NCBI GenBank assembly: GCA_963666835.2
Contig: CAXXGO010000006.1
Span: 2,112,001-2,176,000, forward strand
Source of the DNA: Phycisphaerae bacterium
Lineage (GTDB): Bacteria; Planctomycetota; Phycisphaerae; UBA1845
Reading direction: 5' to 3'
Length of the DNA stretch: 64,000 nucleotides
Shown here: one piece after another, positions 50,565-60,850 of the stretch
How positions within the stretch are numbered: the stretch's first letter is position 1
Layout of the letters: the number at the start of each line of letters is the position of its first letter
Position numbers and translations under genes: made by a program
Notes under the pieces: generated by a model
Told to the model about the DNA's origin: nothing
Database searches by the model: none
The model's input: the letters and a program-made list of their open reading frames with translations, nothing else

Positions 50565-51491
50565 ATGAACGCGAAACTGCTTGAGACGATCCGACAGTCT
50601 GCGGCCGTACCTTCCGTTCCGCAAGTAGTCACTCGATTCCTCGAGATCATGCAGGATCCCGAGTTTGAATACGACGACTTGGTCAAAGTCCTCGCCGCCG
50701 ATGCGGGGACGGTGAGCGAGATTCTCCGTCTGGTAAACTCCGCCCTGTTCGGAATCCGCCAGAAGATAGTCTCCTTGCGCCAGGCACTGACCTTGCTGGG
50801 TCCGATGCGGACCCGGTCGCTTCTGGTCGGACGGTATCTGGTCGACACGATGTCTAAGAAGCAGATAACCGGCGTGGACATGAGTTATTACTGGCGCAGA
50901 TCGCTGGCGTCGTCGGTAGTTGCCTCCCGCTTTGCCGAGGCCATCCTACCCCGCCAGCGCGACGAGGTTTTTATCGCTGCCCTGCTGGCTGACATCGGGA
51001 TTCCGATCCTCGCTGAGGCGTTTCCGGAGGCGTACGCTCCGATCGTCCGGCGTTATACGCCGCGGGGGGTGCCTTTCTCGGTGGAAGAGGAGCAGGACGC
51101 CGTAGATGTGTCGCACGCGGAAGTGTCGGCGATGGTGCTGGCGTTCTGGTCGTTGCCGGATTCCGTGACCAAGGCCGTGAACCTTCATCAATCGATGCAA
51201 CTCGGACACGATGATGTCGGCAAGATGGCACGAATTTTGAGTGGCGCTGACGTGATCGGACGCCTGCTCTGCGAGATTCCCGAAGGGGACGAGGTAGCCG
51301 GCACTTGTCTTGCAGCAACGGATACGGTGGGTGTCGAGAGCGACGTTCTGATTCGCCTCTTGCCTTGTATAGAAGGCGATATCGAGGAGCTGGCGGAAGT
51401 GCTGCGGATCGACGTGATCCCCAGCAATGTATACGCCCTTATCGCCAAATCCGTACAAGAGAGGGTCAGCGCGGTGGCGGCGGTCGACTGA
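50565..51491 (+). CDS. HDOD domain protein
   Basis: VPSVPQV, ILRLVNSALFG, YWRRSL, ALLADIG, SHAEVSA..LAFWSLP motifs. GGAG RBS. Confidence 0.9.
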   Translation: MNAKLLETIRQSAAVPSVPQVVTRFLEIMQDPEFEYDDLVKVLAADAGTVSEILRLVNSALFGIRQKIVSLRQALTLLGPMRTRSLLVGRYLVDTMSKKQITGVDMSYYWRRSLASSVVASRFAEAILPRQRDEVFIAALLADIGIPILAEAFPEAYAPIVRRYTPRGVPFSVEEEQDAVDVSHAEVSAMVLAFWSLPDSVTKAVNLHQSMQLGHDDVGKMARILSGADVIGRLLCEIPEGDEVAGTCLAATDTVGVESDVLIRLLPCIEGDIEELAEVLRIDVIPSNVYALIAKSVQERVSAVAAVD

Positions 51492-52122
51492 GACCGGTTC
51501 ATTATCCGTTCCACCCCGATGTGATTCCATTTCCAGGGAACGCCCGTACGGGGTCCGTCCGCAGAGGGATTGCAAAGGGCATCGCGAAGACGGCGGACCT
51601 CTGCCGACACATCCGCGACACCCCGGAAGTTTCCATCTTGCTGAAAAAGGGCGGACGTACGGCAACCACCGCTCCGGCAATGGCTCCGGCCGTTGAAGTG
51701 CCGGGTTGACGTTCTCTCCGACGACCGATGCCTTCCTGGCATTGTAGATCCGCTTTTTGCCTTCCCCTTCCGTGCGGAATCCGCGTCCACATGCTCGACG
51801 ATTAGTGCTATAAGCCTCGGCGAAGGACCAGCGGCGACGCGCATCGGGCAGCCCGGCGCGCCATCGGTCTATTGAAACGCTAATCTGGGGGCGGCGGGAA
51901 CAGAAGCCCCAGAATTCTCCGTCGAGATCGGTTTTTTTGTGGATTTTGTCGGGCGGTCCACACACATTTTTTTCGGTCCGGCGCGCTGCGGTTGTGCTGA
52001 CAGTGTCCGGTAAAGTCGGCCGAATTGAGGCAAAACGGCCGACTGGCGCGGTTTCCGGGGGGCGTAAGACCCGGAGTCGACGCGGCACAAGCGAGGGGGT
52101 CCGGATGTGGGGTCCGAAAGTA

Positions 52123-52151
52123 CTAAAGGCGACTTATCGGCAAGACGATTG
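52123..52151 (+). promoter_or_regulatory. Candidate sigma28 promoter of flagellin 1
   Basis: CTAAAG-N15-GACGATTG. Confidence 0.5.
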
Positions 52152-52437
52152 TTTGATTTGTGAAGCAGTCGGTTATTGGGCTGTTTCTCTGACTGCCGGA
52201 GTCGGCGGAGTGTTCCAGCCTGGCAGTCAGCTCGCCGAACCGTGTTGGGATTAGGTCGAGACATCGGAGTGTGTGATCGACCGGAAATATTATGGGCCAC
52301 CGCATCGGTTAGGGAGCGAGCCCGTCGCCGAAGCTCGGCTTCGGCGCCTTAGTCCGTTTGAGGTAGCGAGCCCATGTTAGGAATTTCTGGCTGCGTGGGC
52401 AGAGCTTCGGCGGCATGTTTGGAGGCACGAACCAGTT

Positions 52438-53967
52438 ATGAGTCGGATAAACACCAACGTTGAGTCGTTGATCGCCCGGCGAGCACTCGATCTCAACAAC
52501 CAGTCCTTGAACCAAGCGCTGGAGCGACTCAGCACCGGTCTGCGGATCAACACCGGGAAGGATGATCCGGCCGGATTGATCGCATCCGAGACTCTCCGTT
52601 CGTCCATCCGGGCGATCGACTCAGCCATTTCCAATGCGAACCGTGCCGATACGATCGTGGCGGTTGCGGAGGGTGGTCTGCAGGAGGTCAGCTCTCTACT
52701 GTTGGACCTGGAGGCACTCGTCGATCAATCCGCCAACGAGGCTGGTCTCACCGAGCAGGAGATCGCCGCCAACCAACTGCAGATCGACTCGATCCTCCAG
52801 TCGATTGACCGGCTGGCCGAGGCGACCGCGTTCGGCGACAAGAAACTCCTGAACGGGAACTTCGACTTCACGACTTCCGGCGTGAACGTCACCGAGTCGA
52901 CCGGGGCGACCGTGGACCATTTGGATGCCGTGCAGGTTAATGCGGCCAAGATAGCCCCGGGCGCCTATCGTCAGATCACTATTTCCCGGGTGGCGGCCTC
53001 GGAGGTTGCTCATGTGAGCGCCGTGCCGATGGGGACGAACGGGTCTGCAGTTTACAACGGCACGATTGGTGACACCGCCACAATCCAGGTTCGCGGCATC
53101 TACGGTAGCGAGCAACTTAGCTTCGCCTCGGGAACGACCACGGCTGCGATTGTCGCTGCAGTGAACGACCGGTCAGCCCTGACGGGGGTGGCCGCGTCAT
53201 CGTACGCCGGGCCCCTCGGGAGCGGACCGGGCAGTGTCTATTTCTACAGCACAACGTATGGCTCTGATGCCTTCGTATCGATCAGCGTACTGGAGAACGA
53301 GGGTAGTACGAAGAGCGTAAGCGCGATCGACGTTGAGACGGTTACCGGGACAAACACCAAGACGGACTACGGGGTCGACGGGACGTTTACGGTCAATGGA
53401 ACCGCGGCCGTTGTGGATGGCCTCGTGGCAAAGGTCCGCGCCGGTGACCTCTCCCTGGATCTCACGATGTCGACAGCCTTCGGAGGCGGGACCGGCAGCA
53501 CGGCCTCCTCGACGAGCTTCGAGATAACCGGCGGAGGGGCCGTCTTCTCAATCTCGCCGACCGTTGGACTGTCCGGGCAGGAGTCGATCGGAATCGGTGA
53601 GGTTTCGGCCAGCAAGCTCGGGAATGCTGCGGTAGGGTTCCTGTCGACGCTGCGGACCGGATTGGCCAACGACCTCTCCAGCCAGAATTTCGCCACCGCC
53701 CAACGTATCGTGCGGGCTGCGGTCGACGAAGTCGCGACATTACGCGGACGACTGGGTGGTTTCCAGAAGGACACCTTGGTCAGCACGATTAACTCGTTGA
53801 GCGTGGCTCGTGAAAACGTCACCGCAGCCGAAAGCGCTATTCGTGACGCGGACTTCGCCGCCGAGACGTCCGCGCTTACCAGAGCGCAGATTCTGGTGAA
53901 TTCCTCCACCCAGATTCTCGGGGTGGCGAACACGCAGCCCCAGAACGTGCTGTCGTTGCTCGGATAG
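52438..53967 (+). CDS. fliC: Flagellin 1
   Basis: MSRINTN, ERLSTGLRINTGKDDPAGL and AESAIRDADFAAE..QNVLSLL. Confidence 0.96.
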   Translation: MSRINTNVESLIARRALDLNNQSLNQALERLSTGLRINTGKDDPAGLIASETLRSSIRAIDSAISNANRADTIVAVAEGGLQEVSSLLLDLEALVDQSANEAGLTEQEIAANQLQIDSILQSIDRLAEATAFGDKKLLNGNFDFTTSGVNVTESTGATVDHLDAVQVNAAKIAPGAYRQITISRVAASEVAHVSAVPMGTNGSAVYNGTIGDTATIQVRGIYGSEQLSFASGTTTAAIVAAVNDRSALTGVAASSYAGPLGSGPGSVYFYSTTYGSDAFVSISVLENEGSTKSVSAIDVETVTGTNTKTDYGVDGTFTVNGTAAVVDGLVAKVRAGDLSLDLTMSTAFGGGTGSTASSTSFEITGGGAVFSISPTVGLSGQESIGIGEVSASKLGNAAVGFLSTLRTGLANDLSSQNFATAQRIVRAAVDEVATLRGRLGGFQKDTLVSTINSLSVARENVTAAESAIRDADFAAETSALTRAQILVNSSTQILGVANTQPQNVLSLLG

Positions 53968-54003
53968 CACAGCAGTCTCAGCACACTTAACCACCGCCAA
54001 CAG

Positions 54004-54038
54004 CCGGCACCGGGGTGAGTAAACCACCTCGGTGCCGG
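54004..54038 (+). terminator. Strong hairpin after flagellin 1
   Basis: CCGGCACCGGGGTG..CACCTCGGTGCCGG stem followed by TCGTGTTT. Confidence 0.6.
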
Positions 54039-54097
54039 TCGTGTTTGGTGACGGGTATAAGGGGATGCCTCTTGCACTGGAGATGCGTCAAGGTCCG

Positions 54098-54126
54098 CTA
54101 AAGCCGCGGCTCTTAGGGGTCGAAAG
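54098..54126 (+). promoter_or_regulatory. Candidate sigma28 promoter of flagellin 2
   Basis: CTAAAG-N15-GTCGAAAG. Confidence 0.5.
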
Positions 54127-54297
54127 ATGTCTTAGGACCAAAGAACGTCCGTTTGCGCGCGGAGATTGTCTCGGCGGGTCATAGGCGCAGAGGTAGTATC
54201 AGCGACCAGCGGGCGGTGCGGTGGCTCGAAGCCACACACGGCTGTGTGGTAAGGCTGTTCGGCGAACGTCGGACGCCCGAGCGTCACGGATGACTCG

Positions 54298-55749
54298 ATG
54301 ACTCGGATCAACACCAACATACCGGCGTTGCGGGCCACGCATCGCCAGCAGGTTAACCAGGCCGATCTCGATCTGCGCCTCGAACGGCTGGCGACCGGAC
54401 TGCGGATCAATCGAGGTCGGGATGATCCTGCCGGTCTGATCATCTCAGAGAGGCTACGCTCGGAAATCCGAGGAATCGAGCAGGCGATCTCCAACTCGAC
54501 TCGCGCAAACAACGTCATTTCGACCGCCGAAGGCGCGATGAACGAGGTTTCGGCGCTGTTGCTTGACCTGCAAGGTCTGATCGTGGCTACTTCCAACGAG
54601 GCCGGGCTTACCGAGGGCGAGGTGGCCGCCAACCAACTTTCCGTTGATTCCATTCTCGACAGTATCGACCGTATCGCTAACACCACGTCCTTCGCCGGCG
54701 AGAAGCTGCTGGATGGCAGCAACGCGTACACGATGTCCGGGATTGTGCCTAGCGAGTTGACCGCTGTATCCGTTTTCGCGGCGTATGTGCCCACGGGCGG
54801 CTCCCGTGAGGTCAACGTGCGGGTCACTCAATCCGCCCAGACGGCCGGGTTGTCATTCGTGGGTACGAATGCGACGGGCACTTCGACGGTGTCGTCTACT
54901 GTTGTCGAGGTGCGGGGGGTGCTCGGCAGCGAGCTGTTGAGTTTCTCGCACGGTACGACCCTGGCGCAGGTTCGGACGGCGATCAACGACATTACGGCGA
55001 TGACCGGGGTCTCCGCAATTGTGTCCTCCGTGGCCGTGGGCGCGGCCGCCAGCGCCCTTTTGCTCAATAGCCAGGGGTATGGCTCGGATGCGTTCGTGTC
55101 GGTGGAGCCGATCAGCGGGAACTTCGTCGAAGCGGCAAACGCCAATATTCTCAGCCGTGATACGGGAGTCGACGTCGGAGTGCTGGTGAACGGTCAGAGT
55201 GCCGCCGGGAAGGGGCTCCGGGCGGACGTTCGGGCACGCACGCTTGACGCGCGTTTCTACCTGTCGTCCTCGTTTGCTCAGACGAGCTCCACGTCCACGT
55301 TTCGGATCACCGGTGGTGGGGCGGTGTTCCAGTTGGCTCCGGATGTCGTCCCCAACGGGCAGGTCTTCGTCGGATTGAATCGGCCTTCGACGACCGAGCT
55401 GGGTAACTCGGTGGTTGGGCTGCTGTATACGTTGCGCTCCGGTGGGGTTAACGATCTGTCCAGCCGGAACTTCGCGGCGGCGCAGGACATCATCGAAACG
55501 GCGGCGGAACAGGTGGCGTCGGCGCGTGGTCGCCTCGGCAGCATTCAGCGAAACCACGTGGATACGAACATCAATGCCCAGAAGGTTGCTTTGGAGAACG
55601 TGACCGCGTCAGAATCGGTTATTCGTGACGCGGACATGGCCGTCGAGGTGTCGGCATTGACCCGGGCTCAGATTCTGGTTGAGAGCAGCCAAGCTACTAT
55701 GCAGATCGCGAATGCCGCCCCGAAAATGGTCCTCTCACTTCTTTCCTAG
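54298..55749 (+). CDS. fliC: Flagellin 2
   Basis: MTRINTN, ERLATGLRINRGRDDPAGL and SESVIRDADMAVE. Paralog of flagellin 1. Confidence 0.94.
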   Translation: MTRINTNIPALRATHRQQVNQADLDLRLERLATGLRINRGRDDPAGLIISERLRSEIRGIEQAISNSTRANNVISTAEGAMNEVSALLLDLQGLIVATSNEAGLTEGEVAANQLSVDSILDSIDRIANTTSFAGEKLLDGSNAYTMSGIVPSELTAVSVFAAYVPTGGSREVNVRVTQSAQTAGLSFVGTNATGTSTVSSTVVEVRGVLGSELLSFSHGTTLAQVRTAINDITAMTGVSAIVSSVAVGAAASALLLNSQGYGSDAFVSVEPISGNFVEAANANILSRDTGVDVGVLVNGQSAAGKGLRADVRARTLDARFYLSSSFAQTSSTSTFRITGGGAVFQLAPDVVPNGQVFVGLNRPSTTELGNSVVGLLYTLRSGGVNDLSSRNFAAAQDIIETAAEQVASARGRLGSIQRNHVDTNINAQKVALENVTASESVIRDADMAVEVSALTRAQILVESSQATMQIANAAPKMVLSLLS

Positions 55750-55808
55750 CTTGAAAACAACCGAGAACGGCCCGTCTGAGGTGCTGCGGCGGATGATTCT
55801 CGGTCTCG

Positions 55809-55838
55809 CTTGAGAGCGCGGGGCGACCGAGCCGATAA
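55809..55838 (+). promoter_or_regulatory. Candidate sigma28 promoter of fliD
   Basis: Perfect -10 GCCGATAA at 55831-55838 with a weak -35 (CTTGAG). Confidence 0.55.
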
Positions 55839-55902
55839 CCCGTTTGGGAGAAACGTGCGCCGGCAGGAGAGTCGGCGGAGTTCTCCCGTGGGTGGAATGA
55901 TC

Positions 55903-58900
55903 ATGAGCGGAATCACGAGCAGTATTGGGCTGATGTCGGGAATCGATAGTGCCGACCTTATCGAACAGTTGATGGCAATTGAAGCGCAGCCGGTGACCCG
56001 GCTGGAAGAACAGATCTCGGCAATCGACATCCAGCGAACTGCGTTTCTCGATCTTTCCGCCAGGATTCTCGCCCTCCAGGGGGTCGCCCAGCAGTTTGAA
56101 AGCCTGTCGCTTTTCCGGGGGTTCGGCACGACGAGCTCGAACGAGAGCGTGCTAATGGCGCAAGCGGATGACGGAGCTGCGGCCGGCGCGTATACGTTCC
56201 GGGTTCATTCCCTGGCAACCAATCACTCCGTTGTCAGCCGGGGGTTTGCGGATGCGGACCGGATGCCGGTGGGGGTTGGTACTATATCGCTGGAGGTCGG
56301 GCAAGGCCGGGTGAATCGCGGCACGGAGCTGAGCACGCTGAATTCCGGGCAAGGCGTGGCGCGGGGGACGATTGCGATTACGGATCGCTCCGGGGCGATG
56401 GCGGAGATCGACCTATCGACGGCTACAACGGTAGAGGATGTGCTAGAGGCCATCAATCGCGAGAACTCAATCAACGTTCGGGCTCGGGTTACCGGGTTGG
56501 CTAGTGCGGGGGCGACCGGGGATCGGATTGTGCTCGAGGATCTGACCTCCGATGCGGCCATCACCGGAGATCTGATTGTCGCCGACCGGAACGGAGGTAC
56601 GACGGCCTCCGATCTCGGTATCGTTGCGAGTTCCGCGACGGGACGGATTGACGGTCGGGATCTCGTTCGGCTGTCTTCGGGAACTCAGTTGGATCTGTTG
56701 AATGACGGCAACGGTGTTGGTGTCGGAGGGATTTTGGATAACGCCCTTACGTTCGTGAAGAGCGGTGCCAATCCGGAGTCATTTACGGCGTCATTCAGTG
56801 ATACCATCAAGTTGGATACCGATCTGCGAGTTCTGAACGGGGGGCAGGGGGTCAGGCTCGGAGTGATGCGCATAACCGATCGGAGCGGGGCTTCGGTCGA
56901 CGTCGATTTCTCAGACCTGGACCTGGAAGATGGTGTCACCGTACGCGACATTCGCGATCGGATAACCACCGCCGCTAACTCTGCGGGAGTGTCCATCAGT
57001 TTCACATCCGTCAATTCGTATTTCCAGATTACGGATACGACGGATGTGCATGAAGACCTTGAGGGGAACCTCATCGTTGAGGATCTCACCGGGCATACGG
57101 CCGCCGACCTGGGCATGGCCGGCGATGTCGATGACGACAGTATCCGCGGGAGCGATGTCTATCGCGTGGCGACCGTGGGCGACGTCATCAACGCCATTAA
57201 CTACGCGGCCGGGAACAACGGCCAGATTGCCCGGGCGGCGATTGCCGAGGACGGCAATGGAATCACCCTGACCGCCATGGAGTATGGCACCACCGTGACA
57301 GTGGATGCCGGCGACAACGAGGCCCTGGCAGAGGAGTTGGGATTGCTGGGCGCCAGCTTCTCGGAGGCGGACGGACCGTTCGAATCGCGGCAGTTGATCG
57401 CCGGGCTCAATACGGTCCTGCTCCAGTCGCTTCGAGGTGGACAGGGTGTGGACCTCGGCGAAATCCGCCTGACGGACCGAATGAACCGGACGACGACGAT
57501 TGACTTCGGCGGAGCGGATACTCCGATACGGACCCTTCAGGACGTGGTCGATTTCATCAACGCTGACTCGAGTACGTCATTGGTTGCGTCGATCAACTCC
57601 GCGGGAAATGGAATAGAGCTCAGCGACAACTCGAACGACAATGGCACCATTACTGTAGCTGATGTCGGCGACAGTTCGATGGCCGCTCAGTTGGGCCTTG
57701 CCGGGACACACGATCCGGCCGCGGGGGGCGTGGTTAACGGTGGCAATCTGCAGTTGCAGTATATTACCCGGTCGACGGCGCTGGCCGATCTCAACTCCGG
57801 ACAGGGCGTTACCCTCGGTGATTTTCAAATAACGGATTCGACCGGGCAGACGCATACCGTTCGCCTGGGAAGTAAGGTTGAGACTGTCGGGGATGTGATT
57901 AGTGCGATTAACCTTGTAGCGCCCGACTCAATCGAGGCCCGGATAAACGACACGGGCGACGGCATTCTCATCGAAGACAAGACTGACGGGACCCAGAAAC
58001 TGACCGTGGCCGACATCAACGGTGGTCAAGCAGCAGCAGGGCTTCGCCTGGCGGGCACCGCCCGAACCGGAGAGTCGTTTATTGACGGTTCATTCGAGGT
58101 TCGGGTAGAGGTCGGTCCGGCCGATACGCTTGACGACATCGCCCAGCGGCTTAACGAGGCCGGAGTCGGACTGTCGGCATCAATCCTGAATAACGGGGGC
58201 GCGGCCAATCCATATAGCCTGACGATTACGTCGACGCAATCAGGACGCGCCGGGGAATTGGTGATTGACTCCGGCGGGTTGGATCTCGGGTTGCGTACGA
58301 TGACCAAGGCGCAGGATACACTCGTTTTCGTCGGTGACGAATCGGGTGGGGCGCCCTTGTTGATCAGCAGCGCCAATACGACGCTGGAGAACGTGATCGA
58401 GGGGGTGACGATCGATGTGCTCGCGGCCGCGGATGAGGACGTGACCGTTACGGTCTCGCAGGATGTTGACGGGATTGTGGATACCATCAGTCGCTTCGTG
58501 GAGAAGTACAACGACGTGCAGGCGGCGATCGACGATGCGGTGTACTTCGACGAGGAGTCTTTGGAGCGCGGTGCGCTGATGGGCGACTCGACCGTGAACA
58601 CGATCAGAAACCGGCTGAGCCGAATCATGCTCGGGAGCTTCAACGAAGCAGGTTCATCCGTGTCCCACCTGACGGCCGTTGGGATCCGGTTGACGTCCGG
58701 CAATCGTCTCGAATTCGACGAGGAGAGGTTTCGGGAGGTGTACGAAGATTCTCCCGAGCAGGTTGAGCGTCTCTTCACTGCCGAGGATACCGGATTCGGC
58801 GCTGTGATTACGGGAGCATTGGAGGCGCTGACGGATTCCTACGACGGGCTGATCACGCACAAGGACAACCTTCTTGTCGAGAAGCAGGATTTGCTCAACG

Positions 58901-59046
58901 ACCGAATAGACCGGCTCGAGGTTCTGCTCAGCGCTAAGCAGGCCCGTTTGGAGGCCCAGTTTGCAGGGCTGGAATCATCCCTGGCAGTGCTCCAGGGGCA
59001 ACAGGACGCCCTGACCGCTCTTGCGCAACTGGCGAGTGATGCGTAA
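55903..59046 (+). CDS. fliD: Flagellar filament cap protein (long form)
   Basis: GLMSGIDSADLIEQLM N-terminus, FVEKYND..GALMGDS and RLEAQFAGLE C-terminus. Followed by fliS. Confidence 0.92.
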   Translation: MSGITSSIGLMSGIDSADLIEQLMAIEAQPVTRLEEQISAIDIQRTAFLDLSARILALQGVAQQFESLSLFRGFGTTSSNESVLMAQADDGAAAGAYTFRVHSLATNHSVVSRGFADADRMPVGVGTISLEVGQGRVNRGTELSTLNSGQGVARGTIAITDRSGAMAEIDLSTATTVEDVLEAINRENSINVRARVTGLASAGATGDRIVLEDLTSDAAITGDLIVADRNGGTTASDLGIVASSATGRIDGRDLVRLSSGTQLDLLNDGNGVGVGGILDNALTFVKSGANPESFTASFSDTIKLDTDLRVLNGGQGVRLGVMRITDRSGASVDVDFSDLDLEDGVTVRDIRDRITTAANSAGVSISFTSVNSYFQITDTTDVHEDLEGNLIVEDLTGHTAADLGMAGDVDDDSIRGSDVYRVATVGDVINAINYAAGNNGQIARAAIAEDGNGITLTAMEYGTTVTVDAGDNEALAEELGLLGASFSEADGPFESRQLIAGLNTVLLQSLRGGQGVDLGEIRLTDRMNRTTTIDFGGADTPIRTLQDVVDFINADSSTSLVASINSAGNGIELSDNSNDNGTITVADVGDSSMAAQLGLAGTHDPAAGGVVNGGNLQLQYITRSTALADLNSGQGVTLGDFQITDSTGQTHTVRLGSKVETVGDVISAINLVAPDSIEARINDTGDGILIEDKTDGTQKLTVADINGGQAAAGLRLAGTARTGESFIDGSFEVRVEVGPADTLDDIAQRLNEAGVGLSASILNNGGAANPYSLTITSTQSGRAGELVIDSGGLDLGLRTMTKAQDTLVFVGDESGGAPLLISSANTTLENVIEGVTIDVLAAADEDVTVTVSQDVDGIVDTISRFVEKYNDVQAAIDDAVYFDEESLERGALMGDSTVNTIRNRLSRIMLGSFNEAGSSVSHLTAVGIRLTSGNRLEFDEERFREVYEDSPEQVERLFTAEDTGFGAVITGALEALTDSYDGLITHKDNLLVEKQDLLNDRIDRLEVLLSAKQARLEAQFAGLESSLAVLQGQQDALTALAQLASDA

Positions 59047-59130
59047 CGCTACGCAACGAGCGGGTCCTACCCAGGCGCGGCGGGTTTTTCGATTATTCGG
59101 CTCCGGTTATTGACCGATAGTATCGGCACT

Positions 59131-59592
59131 ATGGCTACTGCGGCGAATAATCCGTACCTTCGTGACGCCGTTATGACGGCCACCCCGGAGCAGCTTCAAC
59201 TGATGCTGTATGACGGGGCGATCCGGTTCGCACTCCAGGCGCGCGATGCGATCCTGGCGAAGGATTACAGCACGTCATACGAGAAGCTCACACGCACTCA
59301 GAACATCATCTCGGAGATGCAGGCCGGCCTGAACTACGATGTGAACCCCGAGCTGTGCGAGCGGGTGGCCGCGATCTACAACTTTCTCTTCCGCAAGCTG
59401 GTAGACGCCAACGTCAATCGAGATGTTGACGCTATCGACGACGCCGTCAAGGTCCTGCGGATCGAGCGGGAGACCTGGCAAATCGTTGTGGACAAGGTCT
59501 CCAAGGTGCGCGAGCAGGCAACGCCCGACACGGAAGAGACGGCGGCAAGTCAGGAATTAGAGGCTCCCGCTTCTTTCTCGGCCGAGGGATGA
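59131..59592 (+). CDS. fliS: Flagellin export chaperone
   Basis: YLRDAVMTATPEQLQLMLYDGAIRF. Confidence 0.95.
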   Translation: MATAANNPYLRDAVMTATPEQLQLMLYDGAIRFALQARDAILAKDYSTSYEKLTRTQNIISEMQAGLNYDVNPELCERVAAIYNFLFRKLVDANVNRDVDAIDDAVKVLRIERETWQIVVDKVSKVREQATPDTEETAASQELEAPASFSAEG

Positions 59593-59736
59593 TCTTCCGC
59601 CTCTCCCACGCTGCCCCGCGATCCGTTCTCCTCGCTTGCTGCATTCTGCGGCTATCACTATAGTCGAAAGTGGTGTTCAACTGCGGCCGGCAATCCGGCG
59701 CGGACCGCCGAGCCGGTCCGATTGGGAGTCAGTTCG

Positions 59737-60816
59737 ATGTTCTTCAAGGTGATTCACGGGGCATTACTGGTTCTTTCATTGGCGTCGGCCCCGGGCGCGG
59801 CACTCGGGCAGGTTCCGGAGCAGACCGAGCCGGCACGGGGTACCGATACGTCCGGTGGGGCGGCTTCGCCGGTTGATGTTGACCAGCTTATCCGGGAAGC
59901 ACTGGCGAACCTCGATGAGCTGGAGCGCGTCGAGGATCCCGCTATGCGGTCGAGGCTCCTCGAGGAAGTTCTGGACCGAGCCCGAGTTGTGCAGGAGAGC
60001 GATCCTGACAATCCATGGGCCAAATACGTGTTCGGAAGGGCATATCTGATTAGCGGTCGGGCCGGCGATGCCATTGATTATATGCAGAGGTTCGTGCGGA
60101 CTCGCGAGGGGCGGAACGAATGGCGGGCTCATCGCCTGTTGGGCGATATGTTCGTCGGCAAGTTCCCCCGGCTTGCGCAGGCCAGCTATCAACGGGCGAT
60201 CGCGCTGAAGCCCGGCGAGCCGGCGTTGCTGCACGGCTTATCCGTATGTGCGGCCAAGACCGGTGATCTGGATGAGGCTATTCGCTTGGCCGAGGAGGCG
60301 GTGCTCGCCGACGGTCGACGGACGATTGCGTACCAGCACCACTATGCACGTACTCTGGCGTCCCGGGGGCGTCTTGCGGAGGCGCGGCACGTGGCCTTGG
60401 CGGTTCTGGCGCTCGCCGAAAAAGCGGCGCGCGAGCAACGTGGAGAACGAGAGCCGCTGGAGGTTCTCGATAAACAGCACCAACTGGTGATCGACGTGAT
60501 CGACGGGTTGATCCGGGACGACCCCGGGCATGCGGAGAACTACGTCGAGATCGTCAAATACCTGCGTGCTCGCTCAGCCAATTCGATCGAGATTGCTCGC
60601 TTCGATGTGTTGGACATTCTCGAGGCCGGAGTGACGGAAGCCCGTCCCGACCGTGCGCCGCGACTGATGGTGGAATACGGTCGGACGCTTGCGGCCGTGG
60701 GTCGACTTGAGCAAGCTATGGCGGTGCTGAAGGACGTGCTGGCAGCCGATCCGCAGAACTCAGAGGCCAGAAAGGCCCTGGCGGAGCTTCAGGGTGGCGA
60801 ACCGGTCGGGGATTAA
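59737..60816 (+). CDS. Secreted TPR-repeat protein
   Basis: Signal peptide and TPR-like helices (YQRAIALKPGE, VLAADPQNSEA). Confidence 0.75.
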   Translation: MFFKVIHGALLVLSLASAPGAALGQVPEQTEPARGTDTSGGAASPVDVDQLIREALANLDELERVEDPAMRSRLLEEVLDRARVVQESDPDNPWAKYVFGRAYLISGRAGDAIDYMQRFVRTREGRNEWRAHRLLGDMFVGKFPRLAQASYQRAIALKPGEPALLHGLSVCAAKTGDLDEAIRLAEEAVLADGRRTIAYQHHYARTLASRGRLAEARHVALAVLALAEKAAREQRGEREPLEVLDKQHQLVIDVIDGLIRDDPGHAENYVEIVKYLRARSANSIEIARFDVLDILEAGVTEARPDRAPRLMVEYGRTLAAVGRLEQAMAVLKDVLAADPQNSEARKALAELQGGEPVGD

Positions 60817-60850
60817 CGGCTCTCGCCCGGCCACTGAGGAGGGATAGTGA

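Noticed and set aside
50368..50568. 66-aa ORF overlapping the HDOD start (ATGA)
   Set aside because: No recognisable motif or RBS, and it spans the sigma28-like promoter candidate.
51783..51965. TCCACA/TGTGGA hexamers suggesting DnaA boxes or an origin
   Set aside because: Only partial matches to TTATCCACA, few copies and no oriC-type gene context.
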